Shown here piece after piece: positions 1-12,411 of a DNA stretch of 64,000 bases. Every line of letters starts with the position of its first letter. Positions within the stretch are counted from its first letter, which is position 1. The notes under the pieces were generated by a model. It was not told the DNA's origin. It worked only from the letters and a program-made list of their open reading frames with translations, and made no database searches. The DNA comes from Octopus sinensis (taxonomy: Eukaryota): positions 20,336,001 through 20,400,000 of the forward strand of contig NC_043005.1 of NCBI RefSeq assembly GCF_006345805.1. Direction: 5' to 3'. The position numbers and the translations under genes were made by a program.

Positions 1-907
1 AACACAAACTTAGCTCTCAGCTTCATTATTCTGAACTGATCAATGTTTGTCTCAGAAAGTTGCCTGGATTATAAAAGTGCTCTTTTATTCATATCTGGAG
101 GTTTTACTTATTGAAATTTGCAATAGACCTAAATAAACTTAACTCGTACTTTTAAAGATGCTCTTTAGGATAATGTGAAATATTGAACGTCAGATAGAAT
201 AAAGTAAAATATAGCTATGAATAAAAGGTGCATAGATTATGAATTTTGATTGAAGGGGTGGGGCCACAAAACAAAAAGTTGCAAGGGGCTTCTAAAAGTC
301 ATTTTATTTATTTTATTTTATCTAGTTTCAGCTCACAAGCTGTGGCCATGCTGGGGCACCGCCATTTGTGACGGAGCTGCTAGCAAGCTGAAAGGCTGCA
401 CTAGACCTCAGTCTAATTTGGCATAGTTTCTATGGCTGGATGCCCTTCCTAACATCACGCTCTCTGAGAGTGTAATGAGTGCTTTTATGTGCTACCAGCA
501 TGGGTGCCTTTTGCATGGCACCAGTATCTGCCACAACTATGATTTTACTTGGCTTGATGGGTCATCTTTTCAAGCACAGCATAATGCCAAAAGTCTCAGT
601 CATTTGTCATTGCCTCTGTGAGGCCCAACGCATGAAAGATGCTATTCACATGCCACTGTCATCAGACACCTTACCTCCATGAGGCACTTTTTATGTGCCA
701 CTGGCTTGAGTGCCAGTTATGTGACAGCAGCACCAGCCACAGCGATGACTTCACTTGGCTTGACAGGTCTTCTCAAGCATAGTATACTGCAAAAGATTTT
801 GGACACTATTAATTGCCACTGTGAGGCCCAATGTTTGAAGATCATGTTTTACCACTTCATCCCATGTCTTCCTGGGTCACTCAGGAACATACACACACAC
901 ATATATA

Positions 908-1476
908 TATAAAACTGAAAAAAATTGGAGTCAAAAAGTAGGAGAATTGGTGGACATTTATTTATTATTCACTACAATTGTTTCGATGCGATATAGTTCT
1001 ACAAGAATACAGGTATTTGATTATGCTACTGTGTGTTTGCACAATGAGCTCTAGTTGTGTTGCCTCAGGCGATATACAAGTGTTGTCTCTATCAGCTTAA
1101 AATCATTGACTTCAAGGCCATCTCCTTTGTTCATTATGGTTTGAATTTAGTAGTGGCTGATAGACCCATGGTGTGTGCCATGAGAGTGTGTTTGTCAGAC
1201 AAATGCACTTTCATGGTACACACCATGGGTCTATCAGCCACTACTAAATTCAAAGCACAATGAACAGAGGAAATGGCCTTGAAGTCGACAATTTTAAACT
1301 AACACTCGTATATCACCTGAGGAAACACAACTAGATCATATTATGCAAACAAACAGTAGAATAATCAAATACCTGTATTCCTGAAGAACTACATTGCTTT
1401 GAAACAATTGTAGCGAATAATAAATAAATGTCTAACTGTACTCATTTTCCTTGACTCCATTTTCTTCAATTTTATA
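908..1476. mobile_element. Fold-back palindromic element with decayed hammerhead motifs (probably Penelope pLTR-derived)
   Basis: Arms of about 280 bp centred on 1197 (tttgtc-a-gacaaa); 1141-1176 pairs perfectly with 1218-1253. CTGAGGA (1317) and CTGAAGA (1381) ... GAAAC-AATT-GTA (1401-1412). Confidence 0.7.
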
Positions 1477-1499
1477 TTCACACACAACAAATGCCCATT

Positions 1500-1599
<100 letters not shown>

Positions 1600-2043
1600 A
1601 TCATCATCATCATCATTTAGTGTCCACTTTCCTTGCTGGCATGGGTTGGATGATTTGACTGAAGTCAGGCGAACTAGATGGCTACACCAGGCCCCAATCT
1701 GATCTGGCAGAGTTTATGCCCTTCCTAATGCAAACCACTCTGAGAGTGAGTGCTACCAGCACGAGGGCCACTCAGGTGGTACTGGCAACGGATACACTCA
1801 AATGGTGGGTGCTTTATATGTACCACCTACACAGGATCAGTCCAGTGGCACTTGCAACGATCTCGCTCGAATGTTTTTTCACATGCCACCAGCACAAGTG
1901 CCAGTAAGGCGATGCTTGTAACGATCACGCTTGAATGGTGCTTTTTACGTGCCACCATCATGGGAGCCAGTTTGTTGCTCTGGCAACGATCATGCTCGGA
2001 TGGTACTCTTAGTGCTCACTAGCACGGATGCCAGTCATCATAA

Positions 2044-2154
<111 letters not shown>

Positions 2155-2169
2155 GTATATATATATATG

Positions 2170-4349
2170 TGCTGTGGGCACAACAAACACCATCCGATCG
2201 TGGCCGTTCGCCAGCCTCATCTGGCACCTGTGTCGGTGGCACATAAAGACACCATCCGAAGACCCGGCGACGTAGTCAGTCCACCTGTGCATACCTTCCC
2301 TCTTATGACACTTGTGAAGACCTGTTGAGGCAAGTGTGTGACACTTGTGAAGACCTGTTGAGGCAGAGGCAAGTGTGTGACACTTGTGGAGACCTGTTGA
2401 GGCAAGTGTGTGACACTTGTGAAGACCTGTTGAGGCAAGTGAAAATCAAACCAAATCAAAATAGATGAACATCAATGGAATTTGTATCTTTGTGGTTCCA
2501 GTACCGGTGGCACACAAGAAAACCATCCGAACGTGGCCGTAGCCAGTACCGCATCGACTGGCCTCCGTGCTGTGGGCACAACAAACACCATCTGATCATG
2601 GCCGTTCGCCAGCCTCATCTGGCACCTGTGTCGGTGGCACATAAAAACACCATCCGAAGACCCGGAGACGTAGTCAGTCCACCTGTGCATACCTTCCCTC
2701 TTATGACACTTGTGAAGACCTGTTGAGGCAAGTGTGTGACACTTTGTGAAGACCTGTTGAGGCAGAGGCAAGTGTGTGACACTTGTGGAGACCTGTTGAG
2801 GCAAGTGTGTGACACGTGTGACACTTGTGAAGACCTGTTGAGGCAAGTGAAAATCAAACCAAATCAAAATAGATGAACATCAATGGAATTTGTATCTTTG
2901 TGGTTCCAGTACCGGTGGCACACAAGAAAACCATCCGAACGTGGCCGTAGCCAGTACCGCATCGACTGGCCTCCGTGCTGTGGGCACAACAAACACCATC
3001 TGATCGTGGCCGTCCGCCAGCCTCATCTGGCACCTGTGTCGGTGGCACATAAAAACACCATCCGAAGACCCGGCGACGTAGTCAGTCCACCTGTGCATAC
3101 CTTCCTACTTATGACACTTGTGAAGACCTGTTGAGGCAAGTGTGTAACACTTGTGTAGACCTGTTGAGGCAAGTGAAAATCAAATCAAATCAAATCAAAC
3201 CAAATCAAAATAGATGAACATCAATGGAATTTGTATCTTTGTGGTACCAGTACTGGTGGCACACAAGAAAACCATCCGAACGTGGCCGTAGCCAGTACCG
3301 CATCGACTGGCCGCTGTGATGTGGGCACATAACAAACACCACCGTGTGTCGGTGGCACATAAAAACACCAACCGAAGACCCGGCAAGACTAGTCAGGCCA
3401 TAACCCGTGGCCCCTACTTGGGACGTAGTCAGTCCACCTGTGCATACCTTCCTTCCTTCTTGTGACACTTGTGAAGACCTGTGAAGACCTGTTGAGGCAA
3501 GTGAAAATCAAATCAAATCAAATCAAAATAGATGAACATCAATGGAATTTGTATCTTTGTGGTACCAGTGCCGGTGGCACACAAGAAAACCATCCGAACG
3601 TGGCCGTAGCCAGTACCGCATCGACTGGCCTCCGTGCTGTGGGCACGTAACAAACACCATCCGATCGTGGCCGTTCGCCAGCCTCATCTGGCACCTGTGT
3701 CGGTGGCACATAAAAACACCATCCGAAGACCCGGCAAGACTAGTCAGGCCATAACCCGTGGCCCCTACCTGGGACGTAGTCAGTCCACCTGTGCATACCT
3801 TCCTTCTTGTGACACTTGTGAAGACCTGTTGAGGCAAGTGAAAATCAAATCAAAACAAATCAAAATAGATGAACATCAATGGAATTTGTATCTTTGTGGT
3901 ACCAGTGCCGGTGGCACACAAGAAAATCATCCGAACGTGGCCGTAGCCAGTACTGCATAGACTGGCCTCCGTGCTTTGGGGACGTAACAAACACCATCCG
4001 ATCGTGGCCGTCCGCCAGCCTCATCTGGCACCTGTGTCGGTGGCACATAAAAACACCATCCGAGCGTGGCCGTCTGCCAGCCTCGTCTGGCACCTGTGTC
4101 GGTGACACATAAAAACACCATCCGAGCGTGGCCGTTCGCCAGCCTCGTCTGGCACCTGTGTCGGTGGCACATAAAATCACCCACTACACTCTCGGAGTGG
4201 TTGGCGTTAGGAAGGGCATCCAGCTGTAGAAACACTGCCAGATCTGACTGGCCTGGTGCAGCCTTCGGGCTCCCCAGACCCCAGTTGAACCGTCCAACCC
4301 ATGCTAGCATGGAAAACGGACGCTAAATGATGATGATGATGATGATGAT
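2170..4349 (+). mobile_element. RTE-clade LINE 3' UTR with nested tandem arrays and (ATG)n tail
   Basis: About 5 units of roughly 300-410 bp built from ~28-bp and ~51-bp subrepeats. Ends ...ggaaaacggacgctaaatgatgatg. Near-identical to the 3' UTR attached to the RT-coding copy at 41741-44580. Confidence 0.8.
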
Positions 4350-4539
4350 ACCCAAGTTTGTATGAATGTGTATAGAAGAATATATTAATCAATGAAACTC
4401 CAACTTGGTCTGATTTTCATGTTTTATTATTAACAAATTTTTACTGTCACGCCTACTTGTTAAAATCATGATGCTGCCTTATCAGATTAGCAAACAAATT
4501 AACAGACAACATTTGGTCAATATGTTTCTAATTAAACAT

Positions 4540-4740
4540 AGTGTACCACCATAAGATCCTGGGACATTTTTGCAAAGTCAAGACGAATGACACGATCATC
4601 CATCTTGTAGAGGAGAAATATTATCTAAAATCTTAGCAGAAGATATGCGTGCAGTAAACCTCTGGATAACAGAGGCACAGTTTATTAGAAAGTTTAAGCC
4701 TATAGTGAACCACCAAGGTGAGCTTGAAACATGGCCACAC
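4540..4740 (+). mobile_element. Penelope-like GIY-YIG C-terminal remnant
   Basis: ILAED...NLWITEAQFIRKFKPIVNHQGE matches the IL...L.I.EA..I...KP.LN.Q.E motif. Confidence 0.6.
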
Positions 4741-5286
4741 ACACACACACATACACACGTACACACGTGTGCACACATGCACACTCACACAAATGCACAC
4801 TCACACAAATGCACACTCACACACATGCACACTCACACACATGCACACTCACACACATGCATGCACACAGATATGTATTGCTTTGTAGAACAACAACAGA
4901 ATTTTGACCCTCTCACCCAACTTTAGCCACACAAACATGAGCATGAATTCCTAGTCTGATGAAGAACTGTGAATCCAGAGGAACTCACTAAACAAACAAC
5001 AACATACTCACCAAACAGGGTTCGGCCCAAAGTTATTTTCCAATTAAGATTATTTCGTTTTATCTATCTGTCTATCTGCCTACCAATATACCTACCCACC
5101 CACCCACCCACCCACCTACCCACCCACCCACCTACCTACTACCCACCTACTTACGTACCTTTTTCTTCGTTGATGTATACGGTTAAGTATTAAAACTAGT
5201 AACAACAACTAAATTTCTATTGTTAATTGTCTGTCACACTATTCCGTTATACAACATTTAACAGCATTTAACAGCACAGATGTTAT

Positions 5287-5289
<3 letters not shown>

Positions 5290-5334
<45 letters not shown>

Positions 5335-5525
5335 ATACACACATATATATGTATGTATGTTTAAATATATATATAAATATGTGTATATATATATTTATAT
5401 ATATATATTTATATATATGTATGTATATGTATGTATGTATATATGTATATGTATATGTATATATGTATATATATATATATACATACATGTATATGTATAT
5501 ATATATGTATGTATATATATATATG

Positions 5526-5617
<92 letters not shown>

Positions 5618-5671
5618 TATATATGTATGTATATATATATATGTATATATATATATGTATATATATATGTG

Positions 5672-5720
<49 letters not shown>
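5290..5720. repeat. Compound (CA)n/(TA)n microsatellite, about 430 bp
   Basis: Directly visible; source of the YIYI/THTH pseudo-ORFs. Lies just upstream of the signal-peptide exon. Confidence 0.95.
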
Positions 5721-5721
<1 letters not shown>

Positions 5722-5796
5722 TACATGCACACACACATACCCACATTTGCTCAGATTCCTTTTCTTTGTCATAACCCAACATTTCATACCAGCATC

Positions 5797-5848
5797 ATGG
5801 TAGCAGTAGCAAATGCGTTACTACTTGGGACATTATATAGTTGTTTAG
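5797..5848 (+). CDS. Secreted PAN-PAN-Sushi-GON protein, coding exon 1 (signal peptide [18 protein letters not shown])
   Basis: ATG in catcATGg context preceded by a possible cag acceptor. Encodes a hydrophobic 17-aa stretch and ends at a strong donor TTAG|gtaagt in phase 1, matching the next exon. Confidence 0.7.
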
Positions 5849-6157
5849 GTAAGTTTTTGTTCTTTATTCCCCGCCTTTCCTTTTCCTTTATTCCTGTGTT
5901 ATTTCAACCAATAATGAATTGTTTTTGCCCTCTAATTCAATCAATATTGTACTAGAACTGTATTTTATTTTTCTGAGCATTGAAATGAAAATTACATGTT
6001 TACAGCTAAGCAATGAGTAGCAGAAATATCTTTAGATATCAAGGTCTGTTTCAATATAAAGTATTAAGTTACAAACTCATGAGATAATTAAACTGTCATG
6101 TAATTTCATGATTTGCAAGAAATAACAGTTAACTTTTCCTCAAATCACACTCTATCA

Positions 6158-6568
6158 GGCGCAGGAGTGGCTGTGTGGTAAGTAGCTTGCTAACCAACCA
6201 CACGGTTCCGGATTCAGTCCCACTGCGCGGCATCTTGGGCAAGTGTCTTCTGCTATAGCCTCGGACCAACCAAAGCCTTGTGAGTGGATTTGGTAGATGG
6301 AAACTGAAAGAAGCCTGTCGTATATATGTATATATATGTGTATGTGTGTGTATATGTTTGTGTGTCTGTGTTTGTCCCCCTAGCATTGCTTGACAACCGA
6401 TGCTGGTGTGTTTATGTCCCCGTCACTTAGCGGTTCGGCAAAAGAGACCGATAGAATAAGTACTGGCTTACAAAAGAACAAGTCCCGGGGTCGAGTTGCT
6501 CGATTAAAAGGCGGTGCTCCAGCATGGCCACAGTCATATGACTGAAACAAGTAAAAGAATAAAAGAAT
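6158..6568 (+). mobile_element. tRNA-derived SINE (family A, full length)
   Basis: A box tggctgtgtggt, B-box-like ggattcagtcc, central TA/TG microsatellite, aaaaga(a/g)t tail. Copies at 29388-29793 and 27610-28285, with minus-strand fragments at about 15590-16295 and 25575-25730. Confidence 0.85.
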
Positions 6569-7750
6569 ATCATTTTAAATAAAGAAGGACACTCCAGTCT
6601 ACGTAGTCCCTGTTTTACAAAAAGAAGATGGGGTCATTATGACTGGAATGAGTTTTTTTTTTTATCATAGGTGTGCTTGATAGGGATTGATCTGCAACTA
6701 ATATTAAATAACAACTTAAATAAATGTAATACTTTTAAAAATCTTGAAAATAACAATAAAGGAAAGTTAATCACTGTTGAAATGATGAACTTCACTAAGA
6801 GTAACTATGTTGCTTGACTTGTTAAGTATAGCAGCCAAATCTTCCTCAAATCATATCCTGCTTCCTTACTGAAAAAGGAAAGACATATTGGAAAACGTAG
6901 TCCCAGAAACACTACCTGGGAAATCAAATGATTGGATGATCATAGCTGGAATACCTTTAATCATGGGTTTGTTTGAATAGGATTCATTTGGGTGAAACAC
7001 ACAAAATTAAACATTGTAAATGTGTAAGACACAGATTAAAATGAAAATATAATATATTCAGTAGATTCATTTGGTTGTTGACTAGTGTTTGGTAATTATG
7101 AAAGAAATTAACTAAATTGAATACCAGACTGGCAGAGTCAATCAAAAAGATGCCTTGCAATATTTGTATAGATATTTATGATCAGAGTTTGAATCCTACC
7201 AAGGTAAATTTTGTGTTTCATCTCTCATTTAAGAAAATACCTTCTAGTATTCCTTCCAACTCTTTGCATTCTGGGTTCAAATCCTCCCACAGTCAATTCT
7301 GCCTTTCATCACTCCTTGCTTTATAAAAGTAAGCACCAGTTAAGCATCGATTTAATAGATTAACCACCTTCTCCAAATTTTAGGCCTTGTGCTTTAACAC
7401 AATTTTCTTTCATTCTATTTGTAATTAAGAAACAAATCTGTCATTATAAGACACAAAAGCTGTGAAGTTAACATACTGGACTATTTTCTACCGAAGTTCA
7501 AAGTTCAGATTTGTTTCTGTAGCCATTGTGTTATATTCCCTCTAATAACAAATTTATTTGTCTTAAATTAGTTTTTTAAAAACTTATACAAATTGGATGA
7601 AGTCTATTTGCCATAACCAGAAAGGATACTAGCTAAACTTATGAGGCTTTGTTCTTCACATCTACTTATCAATTTCCAGTAGCCATCGATAACTAGGTTA
7701 ACCATTGACATTTTATTGCAGATCCCAATGGCTTTTGAATGACACTAAAT

Positions 7751-8100
7751 CAGGGGTTCTCAACCATTTTTTATATATGGACCCCTTTTATTACTATTTT
7801 ATTCTGGTGGAGCCCACCCCCATAGCTATTTGATGTTTAAAAACTAGTTTTATAGAAACTTCTTTCAAAACTCCTATTATGTTTCTCACACACTAACTTG
7901 TATAGGTCGAACTATGTAAAATGTTAAAGAAAGAAACTTAGCTGTTGCTTGTTATAGATACCAATACCTACATCTAAAGCAAAATATTTTCTGGGGCCTG
8001 TAAAATATTATTATGAATAATTTATTATTTGGTTGCGTGGACCCCAAAAGATCTTATATGGACCCTCAGGGGCCATATGGACCCTGGTTGAGAAGTCCTG
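7751..8100. mobile_element. hAT-type MITE
   Basis: TIRs CAGGGGTTCTCAACC / GGTTGAGAAGTCCTG; 8-bp TSD cactaaat / cactgaat. Confidence 0.8.
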
Positions 8101-8992
8101 CACTGAATCAACAACTGCAATAAATGTCAAATTTAGGCACAAGGCCAACAATTTTCAGGGAAGAGAGTCTGTTGATTAAATCAACTCCAGTACTTGACTG
8201 GTAGTTTATTTTATCACCTGTAGAAGGATGGAAGACAAAACTGACCTCAGTGGAATTTAAACTCAAAATAAAGAACTAGAACTACTGCAAGGAGTTTTCC
8301 AAAAACTCTAATGATTCTGCCAATCCCCAACTCTTAATAATAATTTCCTAATGTTGGCACAAGGATTCAAATTTGAGGGGAGGTGATTAGTTGACTAAAC
8401 TAACCCCAGTATTTGTCAGAGATTTTATCAACCTCACAGTCCAAATCCAATGACAAAGTGACAGACTGAGGAAACTATTGGATTCTAGTCAGAAGAGGTA
8501 GACATTCCTAAATCATCTGCTACTAAATTTCAATAACTTGATGAATTGAGATAAAGAATATAGAATAAAATGTTCTGACCATTCTGACCAAAAATACAAT
8601 AAAAGACAAGCAGTGAATTTTAATTAATGATTCCCAAGATGGTAGTCCAATATTTTATACACTCATCCATTTCACTTCTATTCATCTAAATCTCTGTTAC
8701 TCACCATTCATACATTTGTCTAAAAAGGTTAAAATATATTTATAATATGTAATTTTTACAAAAAGAATCTATTCAATGTCTAAACTATCTGAAATTGATT
8801 ATTGTTAATAAGGTTTCTTTTTTTTTATTATTATTATTATCAAGCTTACGTTTAAAGATAAAAAAATTTAGGATTATGAGATTTTTGGAAATACTAAGAA
8901 AAATTCCTTTATTTTCTTTATAATGTTTATAGTCTGAAAAATAATGTAAAGTTAGTTATTTAAAAATGTTTCAACATTTTCTGAAATTTCAG

Positions 8993-9022
8993 GTAACCCT
9001 ACACAATGTTTAACACCACCAG
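8993..9022 (+). CDS. PAN-PAN-Sushi-GON protein, exon 2 (30-nt microexon, G-NPTQCLTPP-D)
   Basis: Acceptor aatttcag|, donor CCAG|gtaaga, phase 1-1, open in frame with both neighbours. Confidence 0.6.
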
Positions 9023-9299
9023 GTAAGAATATGTTGTTTGCTGATACTTTTTGTATTTTTTACGTTGATATTTTTGTATTTTCTTTTCACTGTTTAGGCA
9101 CATGGCCAAACACTATGAGAGACAGCAATTAGATTGTGTGAAGGATATTAAATTTGTATGTAGAGTGAACTGACTTAGACTGAGATTCAAACCCAGATCA
9201 TTAACCCATACTTCTCTGTTCACACTTATACTGAAATAAAAACTTGAGAAAAATATCCAGAGACAACTTCTGCAAGGAAAATATATAGTAAAGTGGCTG

Positions 9300-9770
9300 C
9301 TTACATATTTAGTGAATAAAAATGCTGCTTGCTGCTTCATGTTCTTGCTTGATGGTGCTGAGGTCATCCCAGGTTAGTGGTCCAAGAGATGTCATCACGT
9401 GTAGAGTCAACCAGATCTGCCAGTGCTGTCCATCACTGGTGGTCCTGTGTCAGCCTTTCTGCATTCTCCAAGGTGATGCTGAGCCTCTGGAAGTCTTCCT
9501 TAGTCACAATCAGCCATCTGGTGTGGGGCCTGCCATGAGGCCTCTTCCAGCCTGCAGCTGCTGTGTTGAATGAAAGTAAAGCCCTGGTGAGGTGATCTAG
9601 CTGGAGATGGAGGACATGTTCTTAACAGTGCATGCATCAGATAGCTATGAGGTGGGAAGCTGTGGGTTGATGCGTGCATGCAAGCAGTTCTTTGTTGGAA
9701 ATGTGATAGTACCATATGATGTTCTCATTTTCAGGGCTCTGCTATCAAAGCTGTCATTTCTCTTTACCAA
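9300..9770 (-). mobile_element. RTE-like LINE ORF2 C-terminal remnant
   Basis: Minus strand reads ...AGWKRPHGRPHTRW...EDFQRLSI...DHQ*WTAL with stops. Confidence 0.6.
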
Positions 9771-10540
9771 GGTCTTCAAGGGGGAAGGGGCAAACCAAAA
9801 TATTAGGATTAATTAAAATTACACCCTTAATGGGCAGGGGTTCAGATTTTGAGTGATTAAATTTCTTAGATTGCTACATTAAGTTTTTGAGTGTTCATAT
9901 TTATTTACATTTTTATCTTACACTTTTTACTTGTTTCAGTCATTGAATGATAATGAAATTTGAATTATTTTAGTTTTCCATTCTGATTTCAGTAAAATGA
10001 TGTGTCTTACCATGGCTAGCTATATTTTGTTACATCCTTTTACATTCTGCATTCAAATCCCAACAAGATGTACTTTGTCTATTTTACTTCATATAAAACA
10101 AGTAAATGTACTGAGATTGATTTACTCTTTTGTATTCTCACTGGCTCCTGTGCAGGTGGCACGTAAAAAACACCATTTGAGTGTGACTGTTGCCAGTACT
10201 GCCTGACTGGCCCTTGTTCCGGTGGCACATAAAAGCACCCACTACACTCTCGGAAAGGTTGGCGTTAGGAAGGGCATCCAGCTGCAGAAACTCTGCCAGA
10301 TTAGATCGGAGCCTGGTGCAGCCATCTAGTTTGCCAGCCTTCAGTCAAATCATCCAACCCATGCTAGCATGGAAAGCGGACGTTAAACAATGATGATGAT
10401 GATGACCGCAGAATGTGTGGCCATGTGTTAATGCTGGAAAAGGTTATCTTTAATATTTCTAACATCAACAATAGTTATCATTATTATTGTGGTGTGGTGA
10501 TATAAGGGTGATGGATTCATAGACTCATTAGAGCATCAGA

Positions 10541-10935
10541 GGTGGAGGCGCAATGGCCCAGTGGTTAGGGCAGCGGACTCGCGGTCATAGGATTGCGGTT
10601 TCGATTCCCAGACCGGGTGTTGTGAGTGTTTATTGAGCGAAAACACCTAAAGCTCCACGAGGCTCCGGCAGGGGATGGTGGTGATCCCTGCTGTACTCTT
10701 TCACCACAACTTTCTCTCACTCTTACTTCCTGTTTCTGTTGTACCTGTATTTCAAAGGGCCAGCCTTGTCACTCTCTGTGTCACGCTGAATATCCCCGAG
10801 AACTACGTTAAGGGTATGCGTGTCTGTGGAGTGCTCAGCCACTTACACATTAATTTCACGAGCAGGTTGTTCCGTTGATTTGGATCAACTGGAACCTTCG
10901 TTGTCGTAACCGACGGAGTGCTTCCACACCACTTA
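10541..10935 (+). mobile_element. tRNA(Arg-like)-derived SINE (family B), young, nested in an older SINE
   Basis: A box tggcccagtgg, B box ggtttcgattccc; 11-bp TSD agagcatcaga (10530-40 and 10936-46). Confidence 0.8.
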
Positions 10936-11177
10936 AGAGCATCAGACAAAATGTGTTGCAGTATTTGTTCTGGCTCTTTACCTTCTGATTTTGCATCTTG
11001 CTGAGGTCAACTTTGCTTTTAATCCTTTCAAAGCTAATAAAATAGAAATCCAGATTTAGTTGACAAACTCTACATCCCAAATTGTAGACTTGTGCTTTGT
11101 TAGCAATTATTATTATTGTTGTTGTTGTTGTTGTTGTTACTATTTTTCATTGATTTAAATTAAACTTTTAACTCCAG

Positions 11178-11417
11178 ATGTTCAGAACCATTTTGTGAAA
11201 ATCCGTAATACAATTCTGGCTTTGTCCTGGAAAACAATGTGGGGTTCCGAAAATGTAACAGCAGAAGACTGTGCAGCAAAATGTTGGTCTGATAAAACGT
11301 GTTTGTCATTTGAAATCACTAAAAAAAGAGGACGATGTTTCTTATCAAAGGAAAATGCAGCTTCCTTCAGGGAAATAAGGAGAACTATGGGAAGAGATTA
11401 CTACCAACGGGTAAAAC
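11178..11417 (+). CDS. PAN-PAN-Sushi-GON protein, exon 3 (PAN/Apple domain 1)
   Basis: Acceptor actccag|. Translation VQNHFVKIRNT...EDCAAKCWSDKTCLSFEITKKRGRCFLSKE...DYYQR has the CxxxC..C.SF..C.L PAN pattern. Donor AAAC|gtaatt, phase 1-1. Confidence 0.85.
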
Positions 11418-11709
11418 GTAATTATTCTTTTGTATTTTATTACAGGAACTTTGTTACTCTTTTTTTCTGAAGTTTGTGATTCCATTTGTACTCCACAGTT
11501 ATAGAGGCAACCATTTCTGTAAAAATATTAACTGTTTAAAACTATAAGGACAGACATAGACATGTTCCAGAAATAAGCAATATCAAAAACACTAAATACT
11601 GTGTGGGCATTCTCATACAGCATTTATTCACCTTTATGCATGTTTTCTAAGATGTATCTAACCCTTTTTTGATATAAGAAAGAAGACTCTTGAAGTCTTT
11701 TTCAAACCA

Positions 11710-11712
<3 letters not shown>

Positions 11713-11767
<55 letters not shown>

Positions 11768-11807
11768 TAATAATAATAATAATGATAATAATAATAATAA
11801 TAATAAT
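11713..11807. repeat. (AAT)n microsatellite
   Basis: Directly visible. Confidence 0.95.
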
Positions 11808-12154
11808 GGCTGACCTCTCCACCATATACCCAATCTATTTATAGACCTATAGAATATGACCTCTTAACCAAATGCTAACCAACTATTCCCTCAAACAATG
11901 GTAGTAGTGGTGGTGATGGTGATAATGATAAAAAAAAAATAATAATATGCTGCTGCTGTTAATACTTAATACTACTAATACTACAATAATACTACAACTA
12001 CTACTACTACTATTATGAAAGCACAGGAATCTGAGGCCCAACTACCACCCTTACCACTACCCCCTCCTACGTTACTGTTGCTGTTGCTGCAGCAACTGCT
12101 GCGACTTCACATAAAACAATAATATCATTGATGATGATGATAATGGTGGTGATG

Positions 12155-12195
<41 letters not shown>

Positions 12196-12411
12196 TGACA
12201 GATTATTTTTTTCTTCTTATTTTATTTTCATTTTTTTGAACTAACACAGACAGAATGAATCTTTCATAAGTTTAAAAAGCACCACAAAAAAAAAAGCAGA
12301 CTATGTTCGGAGATAAATCTATCAACAAAAAAAAATACAGATGAATACAGATCTGTTAGCCTTAAGAAGCTACTCTACTAACAATATTTACACACAGAGA
12401 AGACGGAGACA

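Noticed and set aside
2290-2860. CRISPR-like array of ~28-bp repeats
   Set aside because: The units are directly tandem with no unique spacers and no cas genes; they belong to an RTE 3' UTR in a eukaryotic genome.
5280-5790. Long YIYI/THTH/VCVC ORFs here and elsewhere
   Set aside because: Translations of stop-free microsatellites. Only the 5797-5848 part of ORF 5431-5955 looks real.
6158-6235. tRNA genes at SINE heads (also 10543-10617 and 29388-29465)
   Set aside because: A/B boxes are present but there is no proper cloverleaf; they continue into SINE bodies with tails or TSDs.
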